Part shown: piece by piece, positions 61,617 to 64,000 of the stretch
Numbering within the stretch: position 1 is the stretch's first letter
Layout of the letters: every line of letters starts with the position of its first letter
Assembly: GCA_008632985.1 (NCBI GenBank)
Contig: QPGO01000013.1
Coordinates: forward strand, 558,001 to 622,000
Reading direction: 5' to 3'
Length of the DNA: 64,000 bases
From: Psammoneis japonica
Taxonomy: Eukaryota
The notes under the pieces: model-generated
The model's input: only the letters and a program-made list of their open reading frames with translations
The model's database searches: none
What the model was told of the DNA's origin: nothing
Position numbers and translations under genes: made by a program

Positions 61617-64000
61617 TGATGTGTCATTCACTCCCCCGTGTCAGAGGTTTTGTGACATTGTCATTTTGTCGACACAGTTGACGATGGCAGACAGGAGTCT
61701 TTGGCAAATCCTTTCCTGCATGTCTTGTCACAGATTTCATCGCAGAAATCTGCACGAAGATTGTGCTGCTTGTGTTGGCATGTGTTTGGCAACATGCACA
61801 GTTTTCTCACAACTGCCTTGCACTTCTGTCATTTGCCATTGCAGCCACATGCACCATTCCCAGAGAGCATGTTTTTGGAGGCCAGAGGCAGCCGTTTGTT
61901 CAGCACATTGAAGATCATGTTGGGCAAGACAGAAACCTGGATGTGTTGATTGGAGATGTGGCCAGCACACTCACATCACTGCCTTCACAATGGCAGTGTC
62001 TTTTGCTGAAGTCAAGTGCACCAAAGTTGTTTGATGCTGACAATGGGAGGGCACAAGCAGTGCTGCACATGATGCCATTCTTGGGCTGGACAAAAATGCA
62101 CTCTGCTCCTTGTTTGACCATGTGAAACTTGCAGAGTCCAACAAACAGAGTGGTGATGGTTTGCAGCATGGAGTCAAGTGTCCAGGAAGCACCCATGCCT
62201 GAAGACATGGTGAGAGTTTGAACTTCAATTTTGACATGCACCATGCAAGAGGGATTGTGTCACAGCAGCAGCAGAAAAAGGCATTCTGTCAAGGAAGTCA
62301 AGAACAGAAAAAGAGTGTGCAGGCCAGTTTGGTCGACAACTCCAGTGCAGGCTGTGGCCTGCAGTGAGTGGGTCCAGCCTCTCCTTGAGGAAGTGCAGCC
62401 TTGCAACACAGTGACTGCCAAAGAAGAGAAGGAGCAGGAGCAAGAGGAGAAAAGTGAAGACAACAAAGTCTCAGAAGAGAGCACAGTTGAAGCACTGTCA
62501 CAGCCACCAGCAACAACAACCAATGAATCCAGATGTCCAGAACTTGCCAAACTGGTCACCCCTGGTGTGATCTTTGACAACAAAGCAGCAAGTGCCTGGC
62601 AAGGTGCTGGAGCAGGTGCTCATCAACACAAAAAGAAGGATGCTGTGCATGGAGAACTCACATGTGTGGTCCAGAACAAGAAGTGAGCAAGGTTGCTTGT
62701 GTTGCCAAATGCCACCAACAATGACAAGCTCCAAAATGCTTTCTTCAAGAAGACTGTCATGGAGAGCATCAGCAGGAGTTGAGAGTGGCTGCAAGATTGT
62801 TGCTGAGTTCACCATTGGACTCATGTCTGATTGCAAACCATCAACAATGTTGGCCAGCACAAAGGTCCTAAAAACAGATCATGTCTGCAACCTGATGGTG
62901 CTCTAGACACCAGGGTGACAAGGAAGACTGTGTCTGTGTCTTGTTGCGCCCAAGCTGGCAAAAAAGGACCAGCTGGTGGCCCACTCTGGTGTGCAGGTGT
63001 GAGCACAATGGCTGCAAATGTCATCAAGCAGGCCATGCTGTGGAGAGAAAGACCTTGGGCTTGACTCTCAGAAAAGAAAAAGGGCAACACTTTTGTGAGC
63101 AAGCAGGAGACCACTTGGGGCACATGCTGGGGCTCACTGTGCTGGCTTTGTTGCATTGCAGCTGGAGGGAGAGAGCCAGGGGAAGTTTCACATTGCTGCA
63201 ATCATGAAATGCAAGGGGCAAGCATGTGATGCCATGAAAAAACAGTGGTCACATTTGAAAAAATTTGTTGCTGTGGTTCAGAGCTGAAATGTGCTTGACA
63301 AGAAGCCTGTGTTTTGATTCAGTGCTCATCCTTCATTGCAAAGGGGCAGCTTTTTGCAATTGACCAAATCAGCAAAGTGGGAAACCAGACTCAAGAAAAT
63401 TTGGTGTTGCAGCAATGTGTGGGCTCTTGACAAAATGACCCCTGCACTGGCAAAGCAGCAGGAGACAACAATGAGTGAAACATTCTTCATTTCTGTGCAC
63501 ACACATGGTCAGTTGTTTTGTTGCTCATTGGCTGGAGCATGCCAACAATTTGATTTGTTCATTTGTCAACTGTGGTGCACACTTTGCAATTTTGCTCTCT
63601 TGTGATGTTTGCTTCTGCCCTGGCAATGTTTGGCATTTGGTGCATGCTCTTGTTTCATGCTCTCATTTCATTGACTTTGCCCCCTCTTTTCTTAAGACAT
63701 TGTCCTGCCACCTCTTGCAGTCTGTTCTGCATCTCAGTGTTCTTGGCTGTGCTGCTTTTCATTGTGTGTGAGATGCAAGACAGCAATCCCTGACAGAAGA
63801 CAGCAGAGAAGTTGTCAGTTTGGCACTTTTTGTTTGGCAAGCATGGCACAATGCTGCTGTTTCTGCTTGCCTGTGTGCAGTGTTGCAGCACTTTGTTTCT
63901 TGTTCTTGGCTGTTTTTGTCAACTTGTCTGAGTTTCAAGAACAAAAAAAGGCAAAAAAGTGTCAACTTGTTTGTTTGCCACAAGCTTCCTGCTCCTTCGT
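61617..64000. other. TpA- and CpG-depleted block (heavily mutated repeat-like DNA; runs off the window end)
   Basis: Only 3 TpA seen in about 2.4 kb (62869 CTAA, 62904 CTAG, 63693 TTAA). CpG is nearly absent after about 61900. Confidence 0.85.

Noticed and set aside
1..64000. CRISPR arrays, rRNA or tRNA genes, prokaryotic operons, contaminant origin of the depleted blocks
   Set aside because: None was recognised by eye. The blocks are interleaved with host genes at several gap-free junctions and contain a eukaryotic retroelement.

Overview
Gene-dense eukaryotic DNA, most likely from a pennate diatom. Evidence: short GT-AG introns, bipartite plastid-targeting peptides with A-F cleavage motifs, and helicase-associated-domain paralogs. 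About 19 host genes lie between four sharply bounded blocks (1-2845, 6711-15340, 58190-59410, 61617-64000) from which the dinucleotide TpA has been almost completely removed. One block holds a dead RT + restriction-like-endonuclease (CRE-like) non-LTR retrotransposon and a second, 5'-truncated copy. Their conserved Tyr/Leu/Val codons show that TA was converted to TG or CA (A:T->G:C on either strand). The few surviving TpA sites are mostly YTAR, and the process is more complete than, and partly uncoupled from, CpG decay. This looks like a repeat-directed TpA-specific A-to-G hypermutation system, the mirror image of fungal RIP, and is the main finding. All counts were made by eye and are approximate. 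Several conserved host genes carry 1-nt indels in short homopolymers, which are probably assembly errors.
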